From NCBI GenBank assembly GCA_963663765.2, contig CAXXUA010000003.1, positions 160,001 to 224,000 of the forward strand: 64,000 bases of DNA. The letters are read 5' to 3'. Source of the DNA: Candidatus Poribacteria bacterium. GTDB taxonomy: Bacteria; Poribacteria; WGA-4E; WGA-3G. Both the position numbers and the translations under genes were made by a program. Of the stretch, positions 1 through 10,846 are shown one piece after another (position 1 is the first letter of the stretch; the number at the start of each line of letters is the position of its first letter). The notes beneath the pieces are model-generated. The model saw only the letters and a program-made list of their open reading frames with translations, did not search any database and was not told the DNA's origin.

Positions 1-281
1 TTTGCGACTGCTTCTACGAAAAAATCGTTATTTTCCACCATCAGGTGAATGTCAAAATCGCAATCAGTTTTTTGTCGTAATTGGTCAATGAGTGTCAATC
101 CAATTGGCATATTTGGCACGAAGTGTGCGTCCATCAGGTCAAAATGTAGCAGGTCTATCCCCAATTCCTCCAACGCCCGTATGTCTGTTTCCAAATTACA
201 GAGATCAGCACACATCACGGAGGGTGCTATGCGAATCTTTTCATCTGAGGTATTAGGGTGTTGACTCTCAGGAGTCGGCAA
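1..281 (-). CDS. rpe: Ribulose-phosphate 3-epimerase family protein, N-terminal part (runs off window edge)
   Basis: Hand translation from TTG at 281 (GGGAGA RBS upstream): ...IRIAPSVMCADLCNLETDIRALEELGIDLLHFDLMDAHFVPNMPIG...DFDIHLMV, the Rpe/AlsE motifs; not in ORF track because truncated. Confidence 0.9.
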   Translation of the reverse strand, partial: MPTPESQHPNTSDEKIRIAPSVMCADLCNLETDIRALEELGIDLLHFDLMDAHFVPNMPIGLTLIDQLRQKTDCDFDIHLMVENNDFFVEAVA

Positions 282-322
282 GATATTTCTCCCAATCTAA
301 TGTCGGTTTTTCTCAATTTAAT

Positions 323-351
323 ATTATAACATGAAATACGCGAATTGTCAA
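323..351 (-). promoter_or_regulatory. Consensus sigma70 promoter for rpe
   Basis: Minus strand TTGACA-17 nt-TATAAT, about 40 nt upstream of the rpe start. Confidence 0.75.
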
Positions 352-453
352 ATTTTGGGTTGGTTGTGTGTGTGAAGTTTTTGGCATGGTATCAATAGCG
401 GTTGACGATGGTCTAGAGGATTTGGAAGTTTTTGGTATGGGTAAAGATTGTCA

Positions 454-1599
454 TTATGGATTATCATTTACATAATCATGTGCACCGTAGTGCCGTAGGA
501 ATAAACCTTTTTTATCAACCTTACAGCTGACACGTCTGCCACCGTTGATACGAAAATGATCAATTTCACCAGAAATATTTTTATATCGTTCGTATTGCAG
601 ACCACCATGTGTGCTAAGACCTGTTGTGGCACCATTATGCTTTACAAGCAAATAAGAAACCTTCGCTAATACATCTTGAAGTTTTAGATGTTCTTTGACA
701 TCTTTCTCTTTACTGAAATCTTTGGCAAAAGTATCAGAATATATCAATTTTGGGAGAGGTAGCAGCTCATCCTTCAAAAAATCTGCTTTAGTCCGATTCC
801 ATATCAGGGTTCCCCAAGCAGATAAACCTACAACAGTATTTCCGTTATCTGGCACTGGCTCAAGTAACGTTTCTGGAACACCTTCAAGTTTTTCTATAGA
901 ATACATTTCACCAGCTGCCATCATTCTAAATTCTGTTAGATAATTTTGAATCATTGATGTGTCAATCTGAATTGGCAAGCGAGGAATTTTAATTAAATCG
1001 GTTGAACTTTCAAATATGTAGATCACTTCATCTGCATAGAATGCACCAAAGGTGTTCATATATCCCTGAAGACTTTTGAATCCTCCAACAAGGTTGAAGA
1101 TGACTTTATCATAATTGCTGGGAGGTTTTGGCACATAATCCTCTAACCACTTAATCAGTTCCTTCGTGCCATCTGCAAATACGTTAGTATCCTTAGTGGA
1201 AAGTCTTGGAGGGGTAAAAATGTTGACTGTAGCAAATCCATTGTTCGTCAAGAAGTTTTTTATGATTTCACCTGTCCGTTGGCCTTGTGCAGTGTCAGTG
1301 CAGATTAGATAGTGTTGGTCGTTACTCTTGCCAGGTAAGGATCCATCATATATTCCATATATCCCGTTTAATTCTGCACTTGCGTCTCTGTTTGTTTGCA
1401 CATCATTTTGACTAAGTTTTTCTTCTGTACGTTTAACCAGAGTATCTATTACAGATTTGGATTCATCGGATAGTTCATCCTCTTTCTGATTTGCAGACAT
1501 ACCGAGTATCTTTCCCCAGTTTTTCGCTTCGTCCTTATTTGATCTATTGATGGAATTTGTAAGGGTACTTGTTCCAATGGTTGACACGATAAAATGCAA
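454..1599 (-). CDS. cami1: CARF (APE2256/CARF7-type)-wHTH-RelE effector, Cami1-like CRISPR-associated mRNA interferase
   Basis: N-terminal STIGTS, SAELNG, TDTAQG, FNLVGGFK and YIFE motifs of APE2256-type CARF; C-terminal ~90 aa RelE-like (YSDTFAKDF...HFRINGGRRV...LRHYGAHD); last gene of csm operon; GGAGG RBS and TTG start. Confidence 0.8.
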   Translation of the reverse strand: MHFIVSTIGTSTLTNSINRSNKDEAKNWGKILGMSANQKEDELSDESKSVIDTLVKRTEEKLSQNDVQTNRDASAELNGIYGIYDGSLPGKSNDQHYLICTDTAQGQRTGEIIKNFLTNNGFATVNIFTPPRLSTKDTNVFADGTKELIKWLEDYVPKPPSNYDKVIFNLVGGFKSLQGYMNTFGAFYADEVIYIFESSTDLIKIPRLPIQIDTSMIQNYLTEFRMMAAGEMYSIEKLEGVPETLLEPVPDNGNTVVGLSAWGTLIWNRTKADFLKDELLPLPKLIYSDTFAKDFSKEKDVKEHLKLQDVLAKVSYLLVKHNGATTGLSTHGGLQYERYKNISGEIDHFRINGGRRVSCKVDKKGLFLRHYGAHDYVNDNP

Positions 1600-1627
1600 T
1601 TTTTAACCTCCTTTAACAGCAATGTGA

Positions 1628-2779
1628 TTATAACTCATCAACAGGTGAAATTTTAACCCAACCGAGTGGGGCAACAGGATTCTGTCCACGATATAAAATG
1701 CGGCGTGTTTTTGGGAATTCGCGTTCATCATAGTGACCACGTTGGGAACGACTTTCTCCCAGGCGAAAACGTTCGCGAAAATCCAACATGTCAATAGGTG
1801 CATCTTCTCCTTGTGTAAAAGACGAGGATACAGTGTTAGCATTATAACCTGTTCCCCATCCGATTTGTAACATAAACGCACCATCAGGAAGTTTACTGTT
1901 TGCCTCTATCAGTTTATCAAATAAATCAGCGATCTGTGTCAAGTTGTATCTGTCAAAAAAATCCTGTTCATCTTCCATAAGTATTGATGTTTCAGAGTGG
2001 CAAACATCAGCAATTTCTCGTAACGTATTTTCTTGTAGTTTACTAAACTGGAGTTTTGTTTTCTCGCGCTCATGAAAAAGTAGATCGTCAATTTTAAGGG
2101 TAAACGTTAAAGCCTTCATACCTTGTATAACCTCTACTCCATTATGATTCTTCTGGACAAGTTCGTTGTTTTGATCGAGTGTAACCGTCCATGCCATCTC
2201 AATCGCAAGTGCATCACTTTCAACGGGTTCAGTATCACTGATTTGTAATGCGCGTAGTAGATCGTGATTAGGGTCTTTTCCAAAAGCCATTTCTTCAATT
2301 TTCTTTGCGGGAGACTCATTACGTAGGTATGCGTGAGATCCTTTATTTATTTCTCTGTGTAGATGTTCTGAACTATCTTTTTTAAGTTTAGTATTTTCTT
2401 CATTATTGATCAGGTCCGATAGCAGTGCAGTGCGGAGTGCACCTTTGATACTACTACCGGGAATATAGGGACGGTTTCCAACGGATTTGATTGCCTCCCG
2501 AATGTCAGTTGTTTCTGGACTTTGCGCACATAGGAGACTATAGGTAGATAGGTCAGCAGCATTCATGTTGTGACGTGAGAAGTAATGGCTCCATCTGAAA
2601 TCGCGCCGCGACATTTCGGATGTTAATGCGTTGATGTCAACATCCGGATGTGCTAATACCTTGTCCAAATCAATGCGATACCATTTGTCGTTAGCGTAGT
2701 AACCATCAATATGGTTCAAAGTTTCACCTGAACCGATGTGCACAGGGGTGATGGTCTGAAGTTTATATTTTTGTTTCAT
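1628..2779 (-). CDS. csm5: Type III-A RAMP Csm5
   Basis: LQTITPVHIGSG, PYIPGSSIKGALRT, DLLRALQISD, LQIGWGTG, PKTRR, PLGWV; start moved to ATG 2779, which overlaps the csm4 stop (ATGA). Confidence 0.93.
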   Translation of the reverse strand: MKQKYKLQTITPVHIGSGETLNHIDGYYANDKWYRIDLDKVLAHPDVDINALTSEMSRRDFRWSHYFSRHNMNAADLSTYSLLCAQSPETTDIREAIKSVGNRPYIPGSSIKGALRTALLSDLINNEENTKLKKDSSEHLHREINKGSHAYLRNESPAKKIEEMAFGKDPNHDLLRALQISDTEPVESDALAIEMAWTVTLDQNNELVQKNHNGVEVIQGMKALTFTLKIDDLLFHEREKTKLQFSKLQENTLREIADVCHSETSILMEDEQDFFDRYNLTQIADLFDKLIEANSKLPDGAFMLQIGWGTGYNANTVSSSFTQGEDAPIDMLDFRERFRLGESRSQRGHYDEREFPKTRRILYRGQNPVAPLGWVKISPVDEL

Positions 2780-3816
2780 TCGGAAACTCCTTTGATACCG
2801 ACCTGCCACGCGTATCCGTAACGATAAACTGGATGTGCCCAATTATCTGGTCGTAAATCTACCAACCTGCCAACGGGTTTGTCAGATGAATTTAAAACAG
2901 AACCTTCAACGAACATATTGATCTGTTTTCTCCGTTTGTAGGTACCATGTGAACCCACCCATCCCGTTAATGGAGTTAGATTGTAAGCAATAACACCATC
3001 AATAAGATGTTCAAGTTGTTCTGGACACTTTGGACATATCGGTGAAAGCGTTACAAATTGGTCGCTATCTTCCACAGTCGGCAAATCAAGTTCTGCTGGA
3101 TTAAACTTAAACTGACCATATCCTGCATTGCGTTCTCCACCGATGCCGTTGTCTCCAAGCACTCGGAGTAGTGTTTCAATTTTGCGCTTTGTTTCATCAG
3201 AATCAAATTTCGCGGCGAACCAGAGTCCACAGCCTTTATTGAATTGGACGGTTTGAACGTGCCATATTTCGGAGCCAGCATTTTGTTCCCCGATTGTGAC
3301 ACGCGGACGGGTGCTTGTCTCCCAAATGATTGGCTCATTATCCATTGCATTTTTTAGTTGTTCTTTTTCATCTGCACTCACCCACACATTTTCACCGTTG
3401 ATCAGATTGTCTTTGTCAAAATCAGGTAATTCATTGGAGATAATCTTTTGAAAAATAGATTTAGAAATGAACCGTACCTTTTTTAGTTTTTTCTTTAGTT
3501 TGTCTGGGGTATCTTCATTCATGCGAAAAGTCAAGGGAATCGGATAGAAATGAACTTTATCGGCATACGGAAACGCAGAGGTTAACATAAACGGAAAAGT
3601 GTTACTGTCTTCTTTGTATGATTTGAGAAACTTTTTGAGACTCTCGGAATCATAAAAGGTTGACCACGTTTGGCAGATCGCTGAAAAGAGCGTATCTGCA
3701 GAGATATAGGTCTCTGTCTTCTCCAAACCGAGGCTGCCTGTTTGTGCTGCACCTGTGGCGCGCCCAAGATGTAACTGCGTTTTGAATTTAAATCGGTAAA
3801 CCTGATATATCCCCAT
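2776..3816 (-). CDS. csm4: Type III-A RAMP Csm4
   Basis: LHLG, SADTLFSA, LTSAFP, LGDNGIGGERNAGYGQF G-loop, HPVYRYG. Confidence 0.95.
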   Translation of the reverse strand: MGIYQVYRFKFKTQLHLGRATGAAQTGSLGLEKTETYISADTLFSAICQTWSTFYDSESLKKFLKSYKEDSNTFPFMLTSAFPYADKVHFYPIPLTFRMNEDTPDKLKKKLKKVRFISKSIFQKIISNELPDFDKDNLINGENVWVSADEKEQLKNAMDNEPIIWETSTRPRVTIGEQNAGSEIWHVQTVQFNKGCGLWFAAKFDSDETKRKIETLLRVLGDNGIGGERNAGYGQFKFNPAELDLPTVEDSDQFVTLSPICPKCPEQLEHLIDGVIAYNLTPLTGWVGSHGTYKRRKQINMFVEGSVLNSSDKPVGRLVDLRPDNWAHPVYRYGYAWQVGIKGVSE

Positions 3817-3823
3817 GATGCAC

Positions 3824-4639
3824 CTAACTACCTTTTATGGCGTTTAGTATTTCAGATGTGTAATCGGTTTCGCGTAACGTTGTAGTTTCTGTATCTGCTT
3901 TGATAGTAATGGGTTTTTCTGAAACGTCTTCATAGCATTTTCTTGATTTGAATGTCATCGTCAAGTTCTCAAATGCTATCTGTCCGGAGCCGCGAGAACC
4001 AGATCCTCCGAGGTAGTCATCTTCAAGGAGTTCCATGCCTTTTAGGACGGTGTCAAAACGTTTACACTCTTTCTCCATTTGATCTTCAGTGCTGTTATCT
4101 CTCGTATAAAGTCCATAGACTAATACCATAGGTCCAAAGGTAGCTCCTGCTGGGACGCGTTCGTTTTGCCGTGGGTTGGCTGCAGATGTAATTCTATCAA
4201 TAGATACCTCCCATTTTGCTTCAGTAAAAAGACTATCAGTTTCTGCTGCAGCCAGATACTCACTAGATTTTTCTGTCAAGAAAGTATCTCTGACGATTAG
4301 ACGTGTCGGCATCGTATCTTGTTTCAGTTTTTGCGGGGTTATTCCGAATACCTGACATACTGAACAATCCGCATAATCCGATGATTCTTCACATTCATGA
4401 ACTTGAACAGACCCACGACTGATTAAAAGATTGTTTTCATGTCGATCAAGTAACGACCTCATTTTACCTCGTAATGAAGATCCTGGTATATAAGGTTCAC
4501 GTGTAGTAGGATTTCGAATAACAGGGTTATCTATTCCACCGATGTCTAATGATTCGGCATTTCCACCAATATGCAATCCTGTTAGGGCATGAATTGTGCC
4601 TTTTAGAAAAATCTTACCTTGTAATTGAATACTTGTCAT
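3824..4639 (-). CDS. csm3: Type III-A backbone RNase Csm3
   Basis: TGLHIGG, IGGIDNPVIR (catalytic Asp present), PYIPGSSLRGKMRSL, SAANPRQNERVPAG, YLGGSGSRGSG. Confidence 0.96.
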   Translation of the reverse strand: MTSIQLQGKIFLKGTIHALTGLHIGGNAESLDIGGIDNPVIRNPTTREPYIPGSSLRGKMRSLLDRHENNLLISRGSVQVHECEESSDYADCSVCQVFGITPQKLKQDTMPTRLIVRDTFLTEKSSEYLAAAETDSLFTEAKWEVSIDRITSAANPRQNERVPAGATFGPMVLVYGLYTRDNSTEDQMEKECKRFDTVLKGMELLEDDYLGGSGSRGSGQIAFENLTMTFKSRKCYEDVSEKPITIKADTETTTLRETDYTSEILNAIKGS

Positions 4640-4650
4640 GTGATTCCTCC

Positions 4651-5247
<597 letters not shown>

Positions 5248-5256
5248 CTACCCGAT

Positions 5257-7575
5257 CTACGATTTCCTAATTTTTAATGCTGTCCATCTGGTAATGACAT
5301 GGATTAATTCCTCTCTAAATTTAGAAGATTCTTCGTGGTTAAGTTTCTGTTTTAATTCGTTTAGAAATGCTTTCTGTTCGTCATACTTGTATCTCTCTTG
5401 TAAGCGGTGGAGATAGTAGAGTGAACGCCATGCCCATCGGTGACCATCTAATTCTTTCGCAGAATAGATCTGAGGGAGTCGGGTGAGGATGTCGCGCGGT
5501 AGTTGGTCTTGACCTGTTAATACTTCCTTAAACTTTTCGTGCCATTTGCGCACTTTAGTGAACTCTTTCCACTTCATCGGCTGGCGTAAAAATGTTATGG
5601 CGTTCTTTTCATCGTCAATACCTTTTGCAGCTTTCTCTGCTTCTCCACTTCGTGCTGCGAATTGATAGAGGGGATATTTCATGTGTTCAATAGCAATACC
5701 GCCAGAAAGCGTGACGTGGTCACCAGTTACGAACTCTTGAAATTCGGAGCGTATCTTCTGGGCGATATCTGGTAATGCACTCCACCCACCGACAAGGAAT
5801 AGGTCATCACCGCCAGCGTAGATAAGTTCAAGTATTTCTTTGTCTTTATCTTCATTATGTTCTTTACAAATCTGCGGAACGTATCCTTCAAAAAAGAGCC
5901 GCATTTCTCTGCTTAAGGTCGCATGACGCGAGATAGTTGCGTTCTCAAGTTTATTTTTGAACACGCCTCCGAGGTCATCAACATCCATCCGTAATGCACC
6001 AAGCCAATGCACGCCTTCTGATGCTTCAGCGAGGTAGTTGTAATCTGCATTTTCACCTTTATCATCTTTAGCAATTATAGGATGGAAAATTCGGAAATCG
6101 TAACTCATTTCAGAATTTTCTGTCAGAGGGTTTTTCATGACATTATCGTTGAGAAAATCTGTGTTGCCTAACCGGTAGACGACTGCATGTTTCTTCAGTC
6201 CCTTTTCAACTTTTTCACAGACCTGAATATCCAATCCAAACGCCCTTATTGCCTTCTGCCATTTTGGTATTTTCTGGTCTTGGGTGTGTGATTCGTTTGT
6301 GACTTCAGTCGCAATCATATACTTTGCATTCCGCAATTTCTTACCGAGTTCAATAAAGTTCCACTGATCGTTATCATTTTCATCCTGATTGTCATGATAT
6401 GGTACAAAGAGTTTTTGGAACATATCATCATTTTCCAACTCCGACCATTTTTGCTGTTTTCTCTCATTTACCTTTTTTGAAACGTCATCCCACTTTTTTG
6501 AAAAATTATTACTTGTAAAGTCGCGTGCTTTTATGGAGATACCCGCTAACATGCAGGAAATATCGCCTCTATGAAGTTCCCACAACTTTTCAGATATCTG
6601 TTTACGGAGTGTATCTAACTTCTCTTTTGCTGCGGTATCGGGAGCAAGAATAAAGAAGTGTCCACCACTGGCGAGTATTAGGTTGGTGATGGGTAGGTCA
6701 AATTGTTTCAGCACCCAGTGTGCAATTACCTCCGTGAGTAGCTGCAGATAGAAAGAACGCCCCCGCAACTGGTTGGATGCACCATCAGATTGGATATGAT
6801 ATAGAAAGTTCTGAATACCTGAAATATCGCCTTTGATAAGCGCGCTTATGTTGAGCTCAGAATCATTTGGGTTGTCAAGTATTTTGTCAATTTCATCAGT
6901 ATTGGTAAGTTCGTGTCCAATACACGCTGCAATTGCCGCTGTTGTGCGGAGATGGTCATAAAGTGAAATGTCTGGTATCGTTTTTTCACCGCTCTTCTTC
7001 CAAGGTGTCGCGGATGGCATGCACGAGGTGTATTTGTGAAGGAGTGCGACTATCGTTTGATAATGTGCTGCTGGTGTGTATGTTTCCTCTTCCGTTGCTA
7101 TTCCAAAATCCTTGATGAAATCTCTCCACAATGATTCATAATCTTTTTGACCAACTTCTACGTTTTCTGATGGTCCTGGAATGATGGTGTCTCGGTCAAA
7201 GTTGAGTGCTGTGAGTTTGTAGCGATACTCCTTGTCTTTATCTGCGCCTATGAGGCGTGAAAGAATAGAAACGAGTGGGGAACGGACAAAATCCTCTGCT
7301 TCTCTCTTTTCATCTTCGCGTTCTGTAGCAGAGAGTCGGTCTGCTAAAATCACCTGTTTTTCTATGAGATTTTGAAGTTGATCCGGTTTGTGATGGTGAT
7401 TTCGGATGGCGTTTTTGAAGGTATCATCACAAGTTGAGAAGAAATCGCCAAAATTTTCAGTGACGAATGCGTAACTATGTTCTTGATGTTTTTTGTAGCG
7501 GTCAGATGCACGCTGACGAAATTTACCGATGTCGTGTAGTAACGCTGCGAGATGTAAAATGTCATGTTTATTCAA
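5257..7575 (-). CDS. cas10: Type III-A Cas10/Csm1 with HD nuclease and GGDD cyclase domains
   Basis: LLHDIGK HD motif, ISLYDH, GDISGIQNF, LRGRSFYL, GGHF, RMDVDDLG, YAGGDDLF; TTG start. Confidence 0.96.
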   Translation of the reverse strand: MNKHDILHLAALLHDIGKFRQRASDRYKKHQEHSYAFVTENFGDFFSTCDDTFKNAIRNHHHKPDQLQNLIEKQVILADRLSATEREDEKREAEDFVRSPLVSILSRLIGADKDKEYRYKLTALNFDRDTIIPGPSENVEVGQKDYESLWRDFIKDFGIATEEETYTPAAHYQTIVALLHKYTSCMPSATPWKKSGEKTIPDISLYDHLRTTAAIAACIGHELTNTDEIDKILDNPNDSELNISALIKGDISGIQNFLYHIQSDGASNQLRGRSFYLQLLTEVIAHWVLKQFDLPITNLILASGGHFFILAPDTAAKEKLDTLRKQISEKLWELHRGDISCMLAGISIKARDFTSNNFSKKWDDVSKKVNERKQQKWSELENDDMFQKLFVPYHDNQDENDNDQWNFIELGKKLRNAKYMIATEVTNESHTQDQKIPKWQKAIRAFGLDIQVCEKVEKGLKKHAVVYRLGNTDFLNDNVMKNPLTENSEMSYDFRIFHPIIAKDDKGENADYNYLAEASEGVHWLGALRMDVDDLGGVFKNKLENATISRHATLSREMRLFFEGYVPQICKEHNEDKDKEILELIYAGGDDLFLVGGWSALPDIAQKIRSEFQEFVTGDHVTLSGGIAIEHMKYPLYQFAARSGEAEKAAKGIDDEKNAITFLRQPMKWKEFTKVRKWHEKFKEVLTGQDQLPRDILTRLPQIYSAKELDGHRWAWRSLYYLHRLQERYKYDEQKAFLNELKQKLNHEESSKFREELIHVITRWTALKIRKS

Positions 7576-7681
7576 TAGTATCTAACCTTGTAGTATCAGT
7601 TTGTGGTATAGAAATTTGATTAATTACCTTATTAAAAACAATTCTATATTCATGCAATCACAAATCAAAATAGCAGGTTCT

Positions 7682-7711
7682 ATTATGACATATTCAACGA
7701 CATTAAGTCAA
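7682..7711 (-). promoter_or_regulatory. Probable sigma70 promoter of csm operon
   Basis: Minus strand TTGACT-18 nt-CATAAT with extended -10 TG, about 105 nt upstream of cas10. Confidence 0.4.
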
Positions 7712-7820
7712 TCATTTATTTGTCCGTTGATGCCAAAAAACCATCAATAGATCCATTATAATTAACCTTATACCACTAAGACACTCCACAACTATTCTTG
7801 CTTAAATATATCTCCACATA

Positions 7821-9785
7821 TCAAAACAAAAACCGATACATCGGTCGATCCAACGTAATACCAATCAAACTCCACACACCCCCGACAATAAACTCACCCA
7901 AAATCAAACCCAGAAAAAACGGAATGAGTTTGCGATGTAGACTTATCCCACCTTGCTTCAAAATAATCCACTTGATAACGGAACTCACAAAGATAGAAAA
8001 CCAGAACACATTCATTGACCAACTACTTGAAATCGCAAACCCCGCAGGATGGAACGGCCACCAGAACAGCCGTATCCGCATAATCATCAAAAAACCGGTT
8101 CCCAGAAATCCAATACATATAGCAACAATCGCAGGGACGTCAGGTGCTTTCGGCGATGAAAGCCAACTTTGTAGTCGGTTAAACGGTCGTCCCGCAAACC
8201 AATCCCGTGCACCTTCAATATAAGAAATATGATAAAATGACCAGAACGATGCAAACGTTCCGACAACAATTGCCACACACATACCGATGAGGAGTCCACG
8301 ATTAGAAATCCGTGTGCGTTCGGCAAGTTTGAATCCTTCCAAGATATGTGGCATCGGATGTCCACGATACGCGCGATTGATTGAAAACAGATAAGAAAGC
8401 ATCGTTAGGTTGCGGGGTCCGAGCAGGCGTGTACCGAAAATACGCGGCATCATCTCATCCGGTCCGATGAAATGCAGATCGTGTACAGGTGAGCCGAGTT
8501 CGGCGCGCATGCGGGTTACAGCAGTGGATATTGCATAGTATATACCGAAGAAAACCAGAATCGCCCACACAGACATGCCCGCAGCATTACAAAAGATAAG
8601 GAGAAACATGAGACTGGCAATAAGGCAAATCACCATGCCACGATACGACATCGGCTCGTCCGAATCCTCCTCCTGACGTGGTCTAAACACCTTACGTGCA
8701 ACTTGGGCAAGATGTTTCCGTGTCGCAACAATAGCAATTACAAATAAACCTATATAAGCCCCAAATGACTGCTCATCGGTAAACGGAAAATTCGGCAAAC
8801 CCCTAATTCCCAACGCGTCACCGAAAATCCGTTCCGCCTTCCAAAACAGATAGAAGAACCAGCAAGAAAATGAAAGGTCCAGCGGAATAAAAAACGCCAT
8901 CCCAACAGCAAACGGAAAAACAGCAACAGGAGTCCAACCAATCGCACTCCACGGTTTCTGTGTAAAAAATGGACGTAAATCGTAGAGACGACCGCCAAGT
9001 CCCGGCACATTTGGAAAAAGATAGTTTAAACCGTTGAGTATATCAATTGCACCAGCAATCCCAAATCCAAGCCACATCATCTTGTTCGTCAACAAATTTG
9101 TCTTACCGACATTTGTCAATTCAAGGGGTAGCTGGATAATTGGATAACTCAGTTTTTCGTGTTCTGTCCACTGTTTGCGGACAAGCGTATTGATGAAAAC
9201 CATCACGAACACGAGCGCACACAAAAAACCACCCCAAGTTAGGGTGGTCGTCAGCCATCCTTGAATGATCTCCCAACTATACAAACTGGCTTCCCCGCGG
9301 TAATACTCTGTTAGAAAAGCCTTGTCTTTCACTGCTATCCAATCAGGGATATAGCGATGAAATAGATGTGTCCAATCGTTTTCAGGTGTTGCGTACCAAA
9401 ACGCATAAGGGATCATCGGGATTAAGACACGAAGAACATCGTGACCTGCCAAGGAGGAGGCAATCGCAAGCATGACGTAAATCGTCAACAACTCACCTTG
9501 TTGAAATGCTACACGAGGCAAAAGCTTTTTTAATGCCAAATTCGCACCCGTAAGCATAAAGATGCAAAAAATCACATTAAAGTAGAGAGAAATCGTTGTC
9601 GGATATCCCTGTCCTGCTGAATCTAAAATCCAATAGACGTTGGGAATCGTGAGAGCGGTGCCGATTAAAATAGCACGCCATGTCGCACCGAAACGTTGCG
9701 GACCTTGTGTTATTAGTGGACGGTGTGCAGTTGCTTGGTAGCTTCCCGATTGTCGTGAAACGTGATGTGAGGGTGTGAGTGCCAA
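7821..9785 (-). CDS. Polytopic membrane protein, DUF6785/DUF6784-like (putative peptide transporter)
   Basis: 654 aa with many TM segments; LVRKQWTEHEKLSYPIIQLP, RMRAELG and WWPFHPAGF motifs typical of this family. Confidence 0.7.
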   Translation of the reverse strand: MALTPSHHVSRQSGSYQATAHRPLITQGPQRFGATWRAILIGTALTIPNVYWILDSAGQGYPTTISLYFNVIFCIFMLTGANLALKKLLPRVAFQQGELLTIYVMLAIASSLAGHDVLRVLIPMIPYAFWYATPENDWTHLFHRYIPDWIAVKDKAFLTEYYRGEASLYSWEIIQGWLTTTLTWGGFLCALVFVMVFINTLVRKQWTEHEKLSYPIIQLPLELTNVGKTNLLTNKMMWLGFGIAGAIDILNGLNYLFPNVPGLGGRLYDLRPFFTQKPWSAIGWTPVAVFPFAVGMAFFIPLDLSFSCWFFYLFWKAERIFGDALGIRGLPNFPFTDEQSFGAYIGLFVIAIVATRKHLAQVARKVFRPRQEEDSDEPMSYRGMVICLIASLMFLLIFCNAAGMSVWAILVFFGIYYAISTAVTRMRAELGSPVHDLHFIGPDEMMPRIFGTRLLGPRNLTMLSYLFSINRAYRGHPMPHILEGFKLAERTRISNRGLLIGMCVAIVVGTFASFWSFYHISYIEGARDWFAGRPFNRLQSWLSSPKAPDVPAIVAICIGFLGTGFLMIMRIRLFWWPFHPAGFAISSSWSMNVFWFSIFVSSVIKWIILKQGGISLHRKLIPFFLGLILGEFIVGGVWSLIGITLDRPMYRFLF

Positions 9786-9862
9786 TTTTGACTCTGAATG
9801 ACAAAGACTTATAGTGGGTGTGTGAGAGATAATCGCTACTATATTCTAAATCTTTATTACGT

Positions 9863-10220
9863 TCAAAAACAAAGATCTGTTTCAAATATGAATAAGTAAT
9901 TACATCCGAGTTCCCAACGTTCCTTTTTAATCAATTTCCACCGACAAAAAACATCTGGTAAGACTTCAGGGTTCAACCCGTGGTGTTCCTCAAGGGAAAG
10001 TCCCTTAATGATTCTGAATAACTTCAAAACATCTAAAATCTTATCTACAAACGGATGAGGTGCGGTGATAATAACGCGCCCGCCAGGCTTTAGATGGTTC
10101 CAGCAGGAGTCCACTACCTTATGCAATTTGTTTTCGGGAATATGTTCAACGACAGCGAGGAGAGTTATGACATCAAAACGTTCTTCAGTGTGAAAATCCT
10201 GCGGGAAAGTGCCTGGTAGA
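9863..10220 (-). pseudogene. N-terminally truncated class I SAM-dependent methyltransferase
   Basis: FDVITLLAVVEHI and LKPGGRVIITAP (C-terminal half of Methyltransf_11/23) but no GxGxG motif I; upstream DNA encodes an unrelated signal-peptide-like ORF in another frame. Confidence 0.65.
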
Positions 10221-10301
10221 AGTAGAATGCAACGCCTCCGATAAGTATAAGGCAGCCACAAAGTAGTAAGACTCTTTTCATTGTAAAAAACATAATAAAA
10301 G

Positions 10302-10400
10302 CCTTTGTTGTCAGTATAGTGTTGTAGAGTTGCAATTTGTCCGAGCTTAAGCGGGGTTGCGAGACCACCCTTTGTTGTCAGTATAGTGTTACAGAGTTAC
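10302..10400. repeat. Two 32-bp direct repeats (29/32 identical) separated by 35 bp
   Basis: cctttgttgtcagtatagtgttgtagagttgc at 10302 and cctttgttgtcagtatagtgttacagagttac at 10369. Confidence 0.8.
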
Positions 10401-10813
10401 CTATCAGGTATAGGCACTGAAGGAGGATCCTCAGGTTCTCCACAAACATAACGCTCATGCGGGGTGCCTCTGCCTATGATCCTATGCTTATGGGCAGATT
10501 GTTGTTCTAGTGGTACACACAAGTAATGTCGTTTTCCACACTTATTACAGGATGGATTTATATGATATTCGAGGGGATCGAACTTGGTTGCGGATGGGTA
10601 AGTAGCTATACAACCCCAAACAAATAAACCACAGTTTTCACATTTTTTCCTATCTTCATATTTGTCTTTTACCATTTTACCACATCCTGCGGGACAAGAC
10701 TGAAGACTATTACTTTTTACGTTCTGAAAAAATAATAGTACCAGGCAAAGACAAACTAAACTACTACAAATTATTATCAGTACAGATATATTATTAGGTA
10801 ATCTAGTTTCCAT
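10397..10813 (-). CDS. Small membrane-anchored Cys/His-rich protein
   Basis: N-terminal hydrophobic helix then CPAGC, CENC, CNKCGKRHYLC, YVC; GGAG RBS. Confidence 0.7.
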   Translation of the reverse strand: METRLPNNISVLIIICSSLVCLCLVLLFFQNVKSNSLQSCPAGCGKMVKDKYEDRKKCENCGLFVWGCIATYPSATKFDPLEYHINPSCNKCGKRHYLCVPLEQQSAHKHRIIGRGTPHERYVCGEPEDPPSVPIPDR

Positions 10814-10846
10814 GTTTTCTCCAATCCTTAGTTAAGGATGTATCCT

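Noticed and set aside
49-264. 71-aa plus-strand ORF and the many other short antisense ORFs in the track
   Set aside because: Shadows of well-supported genes on the opposite strand or frame (here rpe)
374-440. gaagtttttgg(c/t)atgg twice, 51 bp apart, just downstream of cami1, as a degenerate CRISPR array
   Set aside because: Only 16 bp, two copies, no palindrome; too short to support
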